Below are positions 34,739 through 45,361 of a stretch of 64,000 nucleotides of DNA, piece by piece (the first letter of the stretch is position 1; the number at the start of each line of letters is the position of its first letter). Both the position numbers and the translations under genes were made by a program. The notes beneath the pieces are model-generated. The model searched no databases. It worked only from the letters and a program-made list of their open reading frames with translations, and was not told the DNA's origin. Source of the DNA: Synechococcus sp. (GTDB lineage: Bacteria > Cyanobacteriota > Cyanobacteriia > PCC-6307 > Cyanobiaceae); contig JBJBDC010000001.1 of assembly GCA_047285535.1 (NCBI GenBank), positions 2,080,136-2,144,135 on the forward strand, written 5' to 3'.

Positions 34739-34918
34739 ATGAAACTTTTCTCCGCCTTAGCAGCTCTCACCCTGATGAGTTCACCAGCACAGGCAGTCAA
34801 AGGACCTCAGGCCCCAACCCTCCTCCTTGAAAAGCTCTATTACGCAGAAGGTCGCCAACATCCTGAACACCCCGAGCATGGGTCTTTTGCAGGGCTTCGA
34901 TGTGGCGATGAAAACTAA
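34739..34918 (+). CDS. 59-aa secreted small protein with His-rich motif (not in ORF track)
   Basis: Translated by hand: MKLFSALAALTLMSSPAQA/VKGPQAPTLLLEKLYYAEGRQHPEHPEHGSFAGLRCGDEN*; clean Sec signal peptide. Confidence 0.65.
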   Translation: MKLFSALAALTLMSSPAQAVKGPQAPTLLLEKLYYAEGRQHPEHPEHGSFAGLRCGDEN

Positions 34919-35299
34919 AACCATGAATGAAAGCCCCTCTCGGTTTGTCGCCAAACTCGAACGCCTGAAAAAGCACCCATTGCTCTAGGGGCACCATCCT
35001 GGCCTAATCCGAGTTTATGTCTTGCCAAAAACTTGAACCAATTACGACAAATAAACGGCAAGTCCTAAACTTGCCAGAACACCCACACGAATACAGCCTC
35101 AACAATTAGTTCAATCCATCATCAATGCGATCACAATGCATTTAATCACTACTTGAAGCACATGAAGCACTACAGAGCCTCAACGCAAGAGAGCCTTCAC
35201 TTAGCACCTTGACCACCTTAAAGCCCACTGAATATTCACAGCACAGAAAACTGTTCGTCAATACATCTTTCAGACTAATATTGACATCATCATCCAAGA

Positions 35300-35553
35300 A
35301 AGATCGTTCTCTGCATTTGCAATAACAGAACCATCACTGATCGGGTAAGACACACAACAAAGCAACGCCCATAGCGATCTGATCGTCATCCAAAAGCTCT
35401 GATCACCTTGGTCGACCTCACCAGCTGTGACCTTTCCGGACACGTTGAACAAGCCCCGCTCAACAGGAGTACATCAGATCTATTCCCTGTTCTTAAGCAG
35501 CATCAAGAATGGATTGATCATCCGAGCAACTGACCACTGTTCAATGCAGTCAT
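35300..35553 (-). pseudogene. petF: Plant-type [2Fe-2S] ferredoxin pseudogene
   Basis: Reconstructed across frames: SCSDDQSILDAA*EQGIDLMYSC*AG/CSTC/GKVTAGEVDQGDQSF/DDDQIAMGVALLCV/SYPISDGSVIANAENDL; two in-frame stops and about four frameshifts. Confidence 0.88.
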
Positions 35554-35832
35554 AAAGAATGATCCTATTGAATTTGAACTGAACATAAAAACTTCGATCA
35601 ATAGCTTAACCAAGCCCACTTTACAGACGCAAAGAATCAACAATCCCACACTTAATCTTATGCATTACGCACCTGCATGCGAATCATTTTAAAAATTAAT
35701 TGATGGGACAATCACAACAATAAAAATATCGCAAAATCGCCAGTTATGACAAATGCACACATCAACAGGCCCTAAGCAAGCCAAACAACTACTGTCTCAA
35801 CATTGCAACTTATAGATCACCCAGCAGTAAGC

Positions 35833-36033
35833 TCACCCACCCTCAATCTCAAAAGAATACTCAAGCAAGCAGCGAAATAGCTGATCTTTGCTTTCAGCCA
35901 AAAACTGTTGTTCAAGCGGGTCGCCGCCAGACCAATTTCGAAGTGCGTCGCTGGTCGTTTTGTAAGCCAACCGAAGAGCCTCTCGACTCAGCTGGATGGT
36001 GGCAGCGATTTCACCAGAATGATCGGAAGACAT
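35833..36033 (-). CDS. Small hypothetical protein (WxGGDPxEQ family of picocyanobacteria/cyanophages)
   Basis: NWSGGDPLEQQFL...LLEYSF; starts 11 nt after the stop of the NblA-like gene. Confidence 0.6.
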   Translation of the reverse strand: MSSDHSGEIAATIQLSREALRLAYKTTSDALRNWSGGDPLEQQFLAESKDQLFRCLLEYSFEIEGG

Positions 36034-36044
36034 TGAATAACTCG

Positions 36045-36203
36045 TTATTTTTCAGAAATGACTCTTGCTGTAGCAACCTTCTGCATGAAATAAAGGTCTA
36101 GCAGTTGTCCAGCAATCTCCTTGAGTTCCACGATGTCACTCGCTTGCTGGATAGCCCCCTGCAGCCGAAGTTTTTCAAATTGAAAGTGGAGGGGCAAACT
36201 CAT
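36045..36203 (-). CDS. NblA-like phycobilisome degradation adaptor (52 aa, not in ORF track)
   Basis: MSLPLHFQFEKLRLQGAIQQASDIVELKEIAGQLLDLYFMQKVATARVISEK*: helix-loop-helix pattern L-x-L-x-x-QF...I...EL...L...Q like NblA; NtcA promoter upstream. Confidence 0.65.
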   Translation of the reverse strand: MSLPLHFQFEKLRLQGAIQQASDIVELKEIAGQLLDLYFMQKVATARVISEK

Positions 36204-36225
36204 GACCAGAAAGCAGCACTGAGTG

Positions 36226-36267
36226 AATGTAAAGAATAATCAAGATCCATATGGTAGTTATTTCTAC
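36226..36267 (-). promoter_or_regulatory. NtcA-activated promoter (GTA-N8-TAC-N22-TAN3T)
   Basis: Minus strand GTAGAAATAACTAC (36267-36254), a 22-nt spacer, then TACATT (36231-36226), 22 nt before ATG 36203. Confidence 0.8.
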
Positions 36268-36301
36268 CTAAAGTTCATTGCGTACTCCCAAGGCCCGGCT
36301 T

Positions 36302-36315
36302 GTAACCGAAATTAC
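36302..36315. promoter_or_regulatory. Second NtcA box
   Basis: GTAACCGAAATTAC, a perfect GTA-N8-TAC, offset 48 nt from the first box. Confidence 0.6.
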
Positions 36316-36849
36316 TACTCCAGCCCCTCTCCCTCCCCTCGCTGGCCCACTTCCTGGCTCCAAGGAGAGGCTCTGCAAAGCCACCTTTGACTGATCTCCA
36401 TGCATCAAAAGTCTTCGTAGATGGGTCGCTAACCCAGACCACTCCACTCCCAAGCGGAACTCTCTAAAACGATGCAGCCCTAGCCTGTCAAATCCCAGAG
36501 AGCGTGCCTCAACCTGAAGTCAGAGCATGCACAGAGCGCAGGAATCAACACTGACACAACTGAATTAAAGACACGTCTCTTGCCGACGCAACCACGACAA
36601 AGTCCTGATCCCTGATCGCTCTCGAACCAAACCGTTACAACGACCCGAAATGGTTCTAGCGCAAGGATTTTCCGACGACCTGCTTTCACGACCTGGATGG
36701 TTCCCATCCCCAGTCTGAAGCCTCTCAGAACCGATAACCATCCATTTTTGCAGCTGTGGCTTGCCTCAAGGCTGAGCAATGCGACCTAATCACCGCTCCT
36801 CAGCCCGTCACCACTCATCCACGCAGAACCAAAACTAGGGATTGGGTCA

Positions 36850-36975
36850 ATGAAAGACCCCCGGATTCTTTTAGAAAGTTCAGAGGAACCATGTTTCGAG
36901 AGCTGGACCTCAGATTCATCGTTGGTTGATGACAAACCGCTAAGCACCTGGCATCAAGGTGGGTGCTGGTCGTAG
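36850..36975 (+). CDS. Possible 41-aa peptide
   Basis: MKDPRILLESSEEPCFESWTSDSSLVDDKPLSTWHQGGCWS*; supported only by the ORF and its island context. Confidence 0.25.
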   Translation: MKDPRILLESSEEPCFESWTSDSSLVDDKPLSTWHQGGCWS

Positions 36976-37054
36976 ATCGTCATCAATCGCTCAAGATTGC
37001 TCGCGCGACAGCGAACAAGCGAAAAAAACCTCGCTCCCTTCGCAAACGCTGGTA

Positions 37055-37219
37055 TTAATCATGGTGTTGTTTCTCCAGAAGCTCAGCCTTGAGCTCTGCC
37101 TCTTCAGTCTGCTGCTTCAGATCAAGCGCGATGTTGTGCGAAGGCTCATCCATCCTCTGCCTGCCACCATTCATCATCTCGGTGTAAGTGAGAGCCCTGG
37201 GCGTCTTTGACTCGTTCAT
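37055..37219 (-). CDS. Small hypothetical coiled-coil protein
   Basis: MNESKTPRALTYTEMMNGGRQ... followed by an E/K/L-rich helix. Confidence 0.5.
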   Translation of the reverse strand: MNESKTPRALTYTEMMNGGRQRMDEPSHNIALDLKQQTEEAELKAELLEKQHHD

Positions 37220-37560
37220 ATCATTCATTTGACCTTTGGCTCCAACCCCAGCTGCTGCCAAGCCTTGATACACCGCAAGTGCTGCATGGCGACATAAACA
37301 GCCCTCAACATCTTCTCGTCAGCGTTCAGGCTGAAACAGGAATGCATGAGCTACTTCCTCACAATGTTCTCAAACATGGCCAGCAGGTTGTTGCATGCCT
37401 TCAAGTCCAACCAGATCCCACCAACAATATCTAGAAGTTCAGTCCCCTCCTGTCTTCTGACTGTTCCCATCCGAGAGCTGTCTTAAAGAGAAACTGTCTT
37501 GAAGGAAGCCAACAGCCCCACCAGACCTACAGCGCGAAATACTCAGAAATTGGAATGCCG

Positions 37561-37582
37561 GCCCGATGACTCACCATCGGGC
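37561..37582 (-). terminator. Hairpin downstream of tRNA-Val (possible terminator/processing stem)
   Basis: GCCCGATG-ACTCAC-CATCGGGC, an 8-bp stem; no strong U-tract. Confidence 0.35.
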
Positions 37583-37644
37583 AGCTCTTCATGAACGTCA
37601 TGAAGAACGTGCACAATCAAGGCTTTTTGAATGGTGGACTGAAA

Positions 37645-37716
<72 letters not shown>

Positions 37717-37774
37717 TCGATGATGATTCTGCCTGAAGGTGGCAGGCTACGTCCATCATTGTGCATCGACGAAC

Positions 37775-38269
37775 ATGGCTTCCGGCCGGGAGCACGATCA
37801 AGCCACCTGTGCGCTCTCTTTAATTTACGGAGTGATTTGGTGGCCATGGCTGGGCTTCCGTGTTGCTGCTGTCAGCGGACTGGCCTTTTTGTTCGGAGGG
37901 CTGCTGCTTTCCCCTGACCTCGACATCAATTCCAGGCCTTATCAACGCTGGGGTGTACTGCGTTGGCTGTGGTGGCCATACCAACGCCTGATCCGTCATC
38001 GATCTGTGTTGTCCCACAGCCCATTTTTAGGGACTGCCATTCGGATCAGCTATCTCACCTGTTTGGTGATCTCCATCAGCTGGCTGGGAAGTCCTTGGGG
38101 CACACCCACTCCAGAGCGATGGCTGTTCTGGCTGCAACAAGGATGGAACGCATGGTCAAACCTTGTCTCCATTGGCTTAATTGGCATCGAAGCCAGCACT
38201 TGGCTGCATCTGATTCAGGACGGTGACCCGATGCCAAGGCTGTCGTTTAAGCCATGGCTCCGTCGATGA
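37775..38269 (+). CDS. DUF2227 putative metal-binding membrane protein
   Basis: MASGREHD, LSPDLD, WWPYQRLIRHRSVLSH, WLHLIQD. Confidence 0.85.
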   Translation: MASGREHDQATCALSLIYGVIWWPWLGFRVAAVSGLAFLFGGLLLSPDLDINSRPYQRWGVLRWLWWPYQRLIRHRSVLSHSPFLGTAIRISYLTCLVISISWLGSPWGTPTPERWLFWLQQGWNAWSNLVSIGLIGIEASTWLHLIQDGDPMPRLSFKPWLRR

Positions 38270-38396
38270 ATCCAGTCCACGAACGCAGCCTCTAGGACCT
38301 GGCCTGCAACCGCAATTCAAACCGTCTCTTGTAAAGCTGAAGTTCAGCCGAAGGTCCGCCCAGACATAAGACTTCAGAAATCTCGACCCTGCCCCC

Positions 38397-39239
38397 ATGA
38401 GCAAAGCAATGGACGATTTGGTCAAGGTGGTCGCACAACTGCGCGACCCCGATCGTGGTTGTCCTTGGGACCTCAAGCAAACGCATCAAACCCTGGTGCC
38501 TTACGTGCTGGAAGAAGCTCACGAAGTCGCGGACGCCATTCGTCATGGAGATGAGCGACATCTCAAAGAAGAATTAGGTGATCTGCTGCTTCAGGTGGTC
38601 CTGCACGCTCAACTCGCGCAGGAACAAAAGCTCTTCGATCTCGACGCCATCGCTTGTGAAATAAGTGAAAAGTTGATTCGCCGTCATCCTCATGTTTTTG
38701 GCGATGCTGAAGCCTCTGACAGAGAGACTGTGTCCATGAATTGGGAAGCTATCAAAGCAGCCGAGAAGGCCGAACGCGGTGAGACCGCCTTCCAATCAAC
38801 AAGCCCATTAAGCGATCAACTCGCCGACAAAATTCGCGGACAACCAGCCCTAGCTGGAGCCATGATCATCTCGCGCAAAGCCGCCAAAGCTGGCTTTGAG
38901 TGGGACCAGATGGAAGGGGTCTGGGACAAAGTGCAGGAAGAACTCGATGAGCTCAAAGAGGCCATCTCCTCCGGTCATCAGAGTCATGCGCAGGAAGAGC
39001 TCGGCGATCTGTTGTTCACGCTGGTCAATGTGGCTCGCTGGTGTGACATCCAGCCAGAAGAAGGCTTGGCAGGTACGAACCATCGGTTCCTCGACCGCTT
39101 CTCTCGCGTCGAGACTGCTTTGGCAGGACAACTCAAAGGCAGAAGTATCGATGAACTTGAAACGCTGTGGCAGCAAGCCAAATTAGAGATACGTCAGGAA
39201 CAAAATTCGCTCGCTAGATCTCAAAACGAATGTCAGTGA
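38397..39239 (+). CDS. mazG: Nucleoside triphosphate pyrophosphohydrolase MazG
   Basis: GCPWDLKQT, EEAHEV, EELGDLL twice, RRHPHVF. Confidence 0.96.
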   Translation: MSKAMDDLVKVVAQLRDPDRGCPWDLKQTHQTLVPYVLEEAHEVADAIRHGDERHLKEELGDLLLQVVLHAQLAQEQKLFDLDAIACEISEKLIRRHPHVFGDAEASDRETVSMNWEAIKAAEKAERGETAFQSTSPLSDQLADKIRGQPALAGAMIISRKAAKAGFEWDQMEGVWDKVQEELDELKEAISSGHQSHAQEELGDLLFTLVNVARWCDIQPEEGLAGTNHRFLDRFSRVETALAGQLKGRSIDELETLWQQAKLEIRQEQNSLARSQNECQ

Positions 39240-39260
39240 ACAGAGGATTCTGCCCATGGC

Positions 39261-39698
39261 TTAATCATCGTCCACTTGGGGACGCTGTTGGCGATTTCGT
39301 TTCACCTGACTGCGCCGCCCCTTGGCCTCGAGTCGTCGTTGAACAGCTCCTGGCCCAGGTCGTGTAGCCCTGCGCTGGGGGGAAGGAGGTTTCAAGCCCT
39401 CTCGCAACAAGTCGGCAAGCCGAGCCAATGCCGTCTGACGGTTTTGCCACTGAGAGCGCTCCTCGGATGCCACCACTCGCAAGCACCCATCAATCAGTCT
39501 CGATGCCAAGACTTCCTTCAGCCGTTGGCGCCGGAATGGGCCCAGCACGGCCGATCGCTCTAGATCAAACACCAGCTCAACCCTGGAATCAGTGGTGTTA
39601 ACACCCTGACCTCCTGGCCCTGAGGCTCGCGAAAAACGCCATTGCAGCTCCCTAGAAGGGATCACTAGGCGAGCATTCACCGTGAGGTCCTGGGCCAT
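39261..39698 (-). CDS. arfB: Alternative ribosome rescue factor ArfB (YaeJ)
   Basis: RASGPGGQGVN, RSQWQN, basic C-terminal tail. Confidence 0.93.
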   Translation of the reverse strand: MAQDLTVNARLVIPSRELQWRFSRASGPGGQGVNTTDSRVELVFDLERSAVLGPFRRQRLKEVLASRLIDGCLRVVASEERSQWQNRQTALARLADLLREGLKPPSPQRRATRPGPGAVQRRLEAKGRRSQVKRNRQQRPQVDDD

Positions 39699-39958
39699 CG
39701 TTCCAGCTCTCCTTCACTGCATCATGAGTGCATGAATCTTCGAAAGACCCACTGACAGCATGACCCTGGGACCACGGCCACAGAGGCTATCGGTCTCCCT
39801 CATGATCAACGTCTTTGCAGATTGCTTCCTAACTCGCCAAAAGCTGAGCATTGAAGCCCCATTGCCTGATCTCAGTACAACCCAAAAAACACGCTGGATT
39901 CACCCATGGATCCGGTGCTGGTTTTAGCTGGATACAGCGAACGTTCCAGAAACCCGGC

Positions 39959-40822
39959 ATGACCACTGCACCCCAGACCAGTGGCAACTGGATCGATGAA
40001 CACCACAACGGCGTGCGCTATGGCATGGAAGGCGTCGTGATTGTTGACGAGACAAGCTCGTTTCAACGCATCACTGTGATCGATACCCAACGCTATGGGA
40101 AGGGTCTTTTGCTAGACGGCTGCTGGATGACAGCAGAACATCAGGAACGCCACTATCACGAATCGTTGGTTCATCCTGCTCTCTGCTCAGCCGAATCGAT
40201 CGAACGGGTGCTGGTCATCGGCGGCGGTGATGGAGGAACCGCCCGTGAATGCTTACGTCACCAGGGGATCAAGCACCTCGACATGGTGGAGATCGACAGA
40301 CGGGTTGTGGAGCTCAGTCAAGAACATTTGCCTTCAATCGGAGGCGGGTGCTGGAGCGACCCCAGGTTTCATCTCAACATCGGCGATGGCATTGCCTGGG
40401 CCGCTGAGGCCGCAACCGAGTCCTACGACGTTGTACTTGTGGATGGTTCAGACCCAAAAGGCCCTGCTGAAGGGCTGTTCAACAGGACCTTCTTCAATCA
40501 TTGTCGCCGTATTCTCAAGCATGGAGGGGTGTTCGCGACCCAAAGCGAATCACCAGAGGCCTTCCGGAACGTTCATATCGAGATGGTCAAGCTCATTCGA
40601 GAGCTGTTTGGCCACGCTGACCCCCTCTATGGCTGGGTCCCGATGTATCCAAGCGGCTGGTGGAGCTGGACCTTTGCAGCCAAAGATGCACCCCGCTATT
40701 TCAACGTCAAAAACGATCGAGCCTCAGCCGTTGCCGAAGGTTGTGCCATTTGGAGTCCCCGCTGGCAGCAAGGAGCTTTCAACACCACTCCAGCCTTCAT
40801 CGAACGGGAACTGAATCCATGA
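39959..40822 (+). CDS. speE: Polyamine aminopropyltransferase (spermidine synthase)
   Basis: [28 protein letters not shown]. Confidence 0.95.
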   Translation: MTTAPQTSGNWIDEHHNGVRYGMEGVVIVDETSSFQRITVIDTQRYGKGLLLDGCWMTAEHQERHYHESLVHPALCSAESIERVLVIGGGDGGTARECLRHQGIKHLDMVEIDRRVVELSQEHLPSIGGGCWSDPRFHLNIGDGIAWAAEAATESYDVVLVDGSDPKGPAEGLFNRTFFNHCRRILKHGGVFATQSESPEAFRNVHIEMVKLIRELFGHADPLYGWVPMYPSGWWSWTFAAKDAPRYFNVKNDRASAVAEGCAIWSPRWQQGAFNTTPAFIERELNP

Positions 40823-41700
40823 CGAACGGCAAAGGCCAACTCATCACGCAGAACTTGTTCGACGATGAAGGTGCCGTTTTCATGGGAGCCAGCCGCAATC
40901 CGGACGGATGCAGAGTGGCGATTTTTGGTGTTCCCTACGACGGCACCACCTCATTCCGTCCTGGAACAAGGTTTGGACCCGCCTCAATTCGTGAGCTGAG
41001 CACTGGCCTTGAAACCTACTGCCCACAGCTGGATCTCGACCTCGAAGACATCTCCTATGCGGACATCGGAGCCGTCGACATTCCTTTTGGCGATCCTGAA
41101 CCCGTTGTAGAAACCGTACGGCTCGCAACAAAGACCGTTCTATCCAAAGACATGAAGCCCTTGATGCTCGGCGGTGAGCATTCCGTGAGTTCAGGAGCGG
41201 TGGCTGCTGTGGCAGAGCTCCACCCAGACCTTGTGCTGGTGCAACTCGATGCCCATGCTGACTTAAGGGAGGAATGGCTTGGAGCGCGGCACAGCCATGC
41301 CTGCGCCATGCGTCGCTGCTTAGAGGTGCTACCGAGCCAGCAGCTCATGCAGATTGCAATCCGCAGCGGCACCTGTGATGAATTTAAAGAGCTGCGTCGC
41401 AGTGGCCGACTCATCAGCATGGATGATATGGCTGGTGAATTAGGTGCTTTAAGGGGGCGGCCGATCTATCTCACGGTGGACCTCGACTGGTTTGACCCGG
41501 CAGTCATGCCAGGCACGGGAACACCAGAACCAGGTGGATTTCTTTGGAATGATTTCGCTACCGTCATCAACGAGCTACGCCATCACCGTCTCATGGGCGC
41601 AGACGTCGTGGAACTCGCGCCTCAACTCGATCCCAGCGGGATCAGCAGCGTTCTTGCAGCCAAAGTCACACGAAGCCTTCTGTTATTGATGGCTCAATAG
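40819..41700 (+). CDS. speB: Agmatinase
   Basis: [40 protein letters not shown] overlap with speE. Confidence 0.95.
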   Translation: MTNGKGQLITQNLFDDEGAVFMGASRNPDGCRVAIFGVPYDGTTSFRPGTRFGPASIRELSTGLETYCPQLDLDLEDISYADIGAVDIPFGDPEPVVETVRLATKTVLSKDMKPLMLGGEHSVSSGAVAAVAELHPDLVLVQLDAHADLREEWLGARHSHACAMRRCLEVLPSQQLMQIAIRSGTCDEFKELRRSGRLISMDDMAGELGALRGRPIYLTVDLDWFDPAVMPGTGTPEPGGFLWNDFATVINELRHHRLMGADVVELAPQLDPSGISSVLAAKVTRSLLLLMAQ

Positions 41701-42277
41701 ACAGAACAGGCATCAAGCGGTGGTAAGCAAAATGAAAATATTGCCCCTTTGAATATGACGATCAGTCGAGATGCCGAAGGCATCGAGTCAAGAGCATCAA
41801 GAGAAAAGGCCCGGTCAGACCAAACCTTTATAAAACCCAATCAAAAAGCAAAAAACTGATGACCCACATAATCCATTCAAAGCAACACTTTGAGGTCTGA
41901 TTCTTGTTCTGAATTCCGCATCGAATCGCAAAAATCCAACTGGCGATCCCCAGGGATCAGGGCTGATTCCTTGAGGTTAAGTTCGGGCAAGGATGGTGGA
42001 CGTGCAGTCCAATGATGGCAAAAAACCTGACCGGCCAACTCTGCATGGACAGAGAGTCGCCGCAAGCGGCACCATCCTGATCCCGTCGAGGAGGGGGGTG
42101 TGCAATGCACGCAGGATTGGCAACTGGATTGAGTCACATCACACCTGGCGAAACGCGAGCTCAGGCTAGGGACGCTTGCAAAAGCGGACCACAAAAACGC
42201 CACAATCTGCTGCTTTGCTTCCAATTCTCAATTCAGAGCCTATGGGTTCATAAGATTTGCGTGCACGTCTCCCGGTC

Positions 42278-43387
42278 ATGGACCTGAACCTCACACCTCT
42301 CTATGACCTCTGTGTCGAGGCCGGAGGCCGAATGGTGTCCTTCGCTGGATGGACTATGCCCGTTCAGTTCTCGGGACTAGTGGCTGAACACAATGCCGTC
42401 CGCAGCGACACGGGCATGTTTGATATTTCCCACATGGGTGTTCTGCGCATTGAAGGCAAGAACCCAAAAGATGCTCTACAAAAACTGGTACCCAGTGATC
42501 TGCACCGAATCGGCCCCGGCCAGGCTTGCTATTCGGTCCTACTCAATGAGCAGGGCGGAATTATTGATGACTTAATCATCTACGACCTGGGGCCCTCGTT
42601 ATTAGAACCAAGCCATGAAGCATTGCTGGTTGTGATCAATGCAGCTTGTGCAGAAACCGACACGGCGTGGATTCGCAAACATATTGAACGCTCTGATCTG
42701 CAGGTCCTCGACGAAAAGAAAAATGGTGTACTGATTGCTCTACAAGGGCCAAAGGCGATCCGTCTTGTGGAGCGGTTAAGTCAAACAGACCTAAGCGAAC
42801 TACCTCGCTTCGGCCATCGCAATCTCAGCCTTGAAGGACTCACCGCTCCGGTCTTCACAGCCCGTACTGGCTACACCGGAGAAGACGGGGTGGAGATGCT
42901 GCTCAACGCGCAAGATGGACGCCAGCTATGGAAGCAATTGATAGAGGAAGGGGTGACTCCCTGCGGTCTAGGTGCCCGAGACACCTTGCGTCTGGAGGCG
43001 GCGATGCATCTCTATGGACAAGACATGAACGCTGAAACCACGCCTTTCGATGCTGGATTGGGGTGGCTTGTGCATTTAGAAATGCCAGCAAACTTCATTG
43101 GCCGCCAAGCGCTCGAGGCATCCGCAGAACAAGGTCCCACTCAGCGCCTGGTGGGGTTAAAGCTTCAGGGTCGTTCAATTGCTCGCCACGATTATCCCGT
43201 TCTCCACGATGGGGTCGCAGTTGGCAGGGTGACTAGCGGCAGCTGGTCTCCAACCCTTGCAGAACCGATTGCTCTCGCCTTCCTTCCTCCAGCCCTGGCC
43301 AAACTCGGCACTGAGATCAGCGTGGAAATTCGCGGAGAGCCAAAACCCGCCACTGTGGTGAGGCGTCCCTTCTACCGTCGTTCCTGA
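42278..43387 (+). CDS. gcvT: Glycine cleavage system aminomethyltransferase T
   Basis: [39 protein letters not shown]. Confidence 0.97.
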   Translation: MDLNLTPLYDLCVEAGGRMVSFAGWTMPVQFSGLVAEHNAVRSDTGMFDISHMGVLRIEGKNPKDALQKLVPSDLHRIGPGQACYSVLLNEQGGIIDDLIIYDLGPSLLEPSHEALLVVINAACAETDTAWIRKHIERSDLQVLDEKKNGVLIALQGPKAIRLVERLSQTDLSELPRFGHRNLSLEGLTAPVFTARTGYTGEDGVEMLLNAQDGRQLWKQLIEEGVTPCGLGARDTLRLEAAMHLYGQDMNAETTPFDAGLGWLVHLEMPANFIGRQALEASAEQGPTQRLVGLKLQGRSIARHDYPVLHDGVAVGRVTSGSWSPTLAEPIALAFLPPALAKLGTEISVEIRGEPKPATVVRRPFYRRS

Positions 43388-43434
43388 TCGGGGCACAGGA
43401 TGTGGGAAACTCGCCTCTCTCCAGCGAAACTCCC

Positions 43435-45270
43435 ATGCGCAGCAACGGATGCGGTGACCTGCGCGACACGCACATCGACGAAACCGTTCAGCTCTGCGGC
43501 TGGGTGGATCGCCGCCGCGACCATGGAGGGGTGATCTTTATCGACCTTCGTGACCGCAGCGGCACCGTTCAGATCACCGTGGATCCTGATCTCGGCGCTC
43601 AAGCATTTGCCGTTGCCGAACACTTGCGCAGCGAAACCGTGTTGCAAATTCAAGGCAAAGTCAGAGCGCGTCCGGCGGAGGCCCTGAATGATCGACTGGC
43701 AACCGGTGCTGTGGAGGTCTTAGCAAGCGAGATCAAACTGCTCAATAGCGTTAAAGGCACTCTTCCCTTTCCGGTGTCTGTGCACGATGAAGAAAACACA
43801 CGAGAAGAACTTCGCCTTCGCTACCGCTTTTTAGATCTGCGCCGCAAGCGCATGAACGACAACCTTCGCTTGCGTGCACAAACCATCCAAACAGCACGGC
43901 GTTTCCTCGAAGCAGAGGGATTCATTGAAGTGGAAACTCCAGTGCTGACGCGTTCAACCCCAGAAGGAGCTAGGGATTACATCCTTCCAAGCCGCGTCTG
44001 CGGTGGCGAATGGTTTGCTCTGCCCCAGTCACCACAGTTGTTCAAGCAGCTGCTGATGGTGGGGGGCATCGAGCGGTATTACCAAGTCGCTCGCTGCTTC
44101 CGAGATGAAGATCTGCGTGCGGATCGACAGCCCGAGTTCACCCAACTGGACATGGAGATGAGCTTCATGGACCAAGAACAGATCCTTGAACTCAACGAGC
44201 GTCTCATTGCAACGATATGGAAAACGGTCAAAGGCATTGATCTCCCGCTCCCCTTCCCGCGCCTCACCTGGCATGAGGCAATGGAGCGCTACGGCACAGA
44301 TCGACCCGACACCAGGTATGAGATGGAGCTCACCAACGTGAGCGACATTGTTAAAGACATGGGCTTCAAGGTGTTCAGCGGAGCCGTGAAAACCGGCGGA
44401 TCGGTGAAGTGCATTGCCGTACCTGGAGGCAATGAAGCCATTTCCAATGTGCGCATCAAACCAGGCGGTGACGTGTTCAGCGAAGCCCAAGCCGCAGGCG
44501 CCGGTGGCCTGGCCTTTATCCGTGTGCGAGAAGGCGGCGAGATCGACACGATTGGTGCCATAAAGGACAACCTTTCAGAAGAGCAGAAGCAAACCATGCT
44601 GGAACGCACAGGGGCTCTGCCTGGAACCCTGCTGCTATTTGGTGCTGGCGACACCGACACCGTGAACAAAGCTCTTGATCGCGTGCGCCAATTTCTCGCG
44701 CGCGAGATGGACATGGTGAAGCCCGACAAGGACAACGATCAATGGAATTTTCTTTGGGTGGTCGATTTCCCAATGTTCGAATTCAACAAGGATGAAGATC
44801 GATTCGAAGCGCTGCATCACCCCTTCTGCGCCCCCAACAACTCTGACCTTGGCGACAATGTCGAGCGCTGGCCTGAAACCCTTCCCACAGCACGCGCCCA
44901 GGCTTACGACTTGGTTTTAAATGGTCTTGAACTGGGTGGGGGCTCCCTGAGGATCCATGACTCTGCCCTCCAGAATCAGGTGCTGGATACCATCGGACTG
45001 TCTCCGAACGAGGTCCAAGAGCAATTCGGATTCTTGGTTAATGCGCTTGATCTGGGAGCACCACCGCATGGCGGATTGGCCTTCGGCATCGACCGATTGG
45101 TGATGTTGCTGGCTGGGGAGGACTCAATCCGTGACACGATTGCGTTTCCGAAAACACAGCAGGCACGCTGCCTGATGACCTCTGCACCTTCAGGGGTGTC
45201 TGAGCGTCAACTCGACGAGCTGCACGTCGCGAGCACTTGGGTGGATCCTGTGACAGAAAACACTGACTAA
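43435..45270 (+). CDS. aspS: Aspartate--tRNA ligase
   Basis: [49 protein letters not shown]. Confidence 0.98.
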   Translation: MRSNGCGDLRDTHIDETVQLCGWVDRRRDHGGVIFIDLRDRSGTVQITVDPDLGAQAFAVAEHLRSETVLQIQGKVRARPAEALNDRLATGAVEVLASEIKLLNSVKGTLPFPVSVHDEENTREELRLRYRFLDLRRKRMNDNLRLRAQTIQTARRFLEAEGFIEVETPVLTRSTPEGARDYILPSRVCGGEWFALPQSPQLFKQLLMVGGIERYYQVARCFRDEDLRADRQPEFTQLDMEMSFMDQEQILELNERLIATIWKTVKGIDLPLPFPRLTWHEAMERYGTDRPDTRYEMELTNVSDIVKDMGFKVFSGAVKTGGSVKCIAVPGGNEAISNVRIKPGGDVFSEAQAAGAGGLAFIRVREGGEIDTIGAIKDNLSEEQKQTMLERTGALPGTLLLFGAGDTDTVNKALDRVRQFLAREMDMVKPDKDNDQWNFLWVVDFPMFEFNKDEDRFEALHHPFCAPNNSDLGDNVERWPETLPTARAQAYDLVLNGLELGGGSLRIHDSALQNQVLDTIGLSPNEVQEQFGFLVNALDLGAPPHGGLAFGIDRLVMLLAGEDSIRDTIAFPKTQQARCLMTSAPSGVSERQLDELHVASTWVDPVTENTD

Positions 45271-45361
45271 ACAGCACAAAACCCGAACAGAAACCAACGT
45301 TTCTGAACACCAACCGCCTTCGACCGAGAACCTTGGGGGACTTACCTAGCAATCGAGCCTT

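Noticed and set aside
41760..42170. Glycine riboswitch upstream of gcvT
   Set aside because: Only scattered fragments (GCCGAAG, CTCAGG, ACAGAGAG), without the order and spacing of an aptamer.
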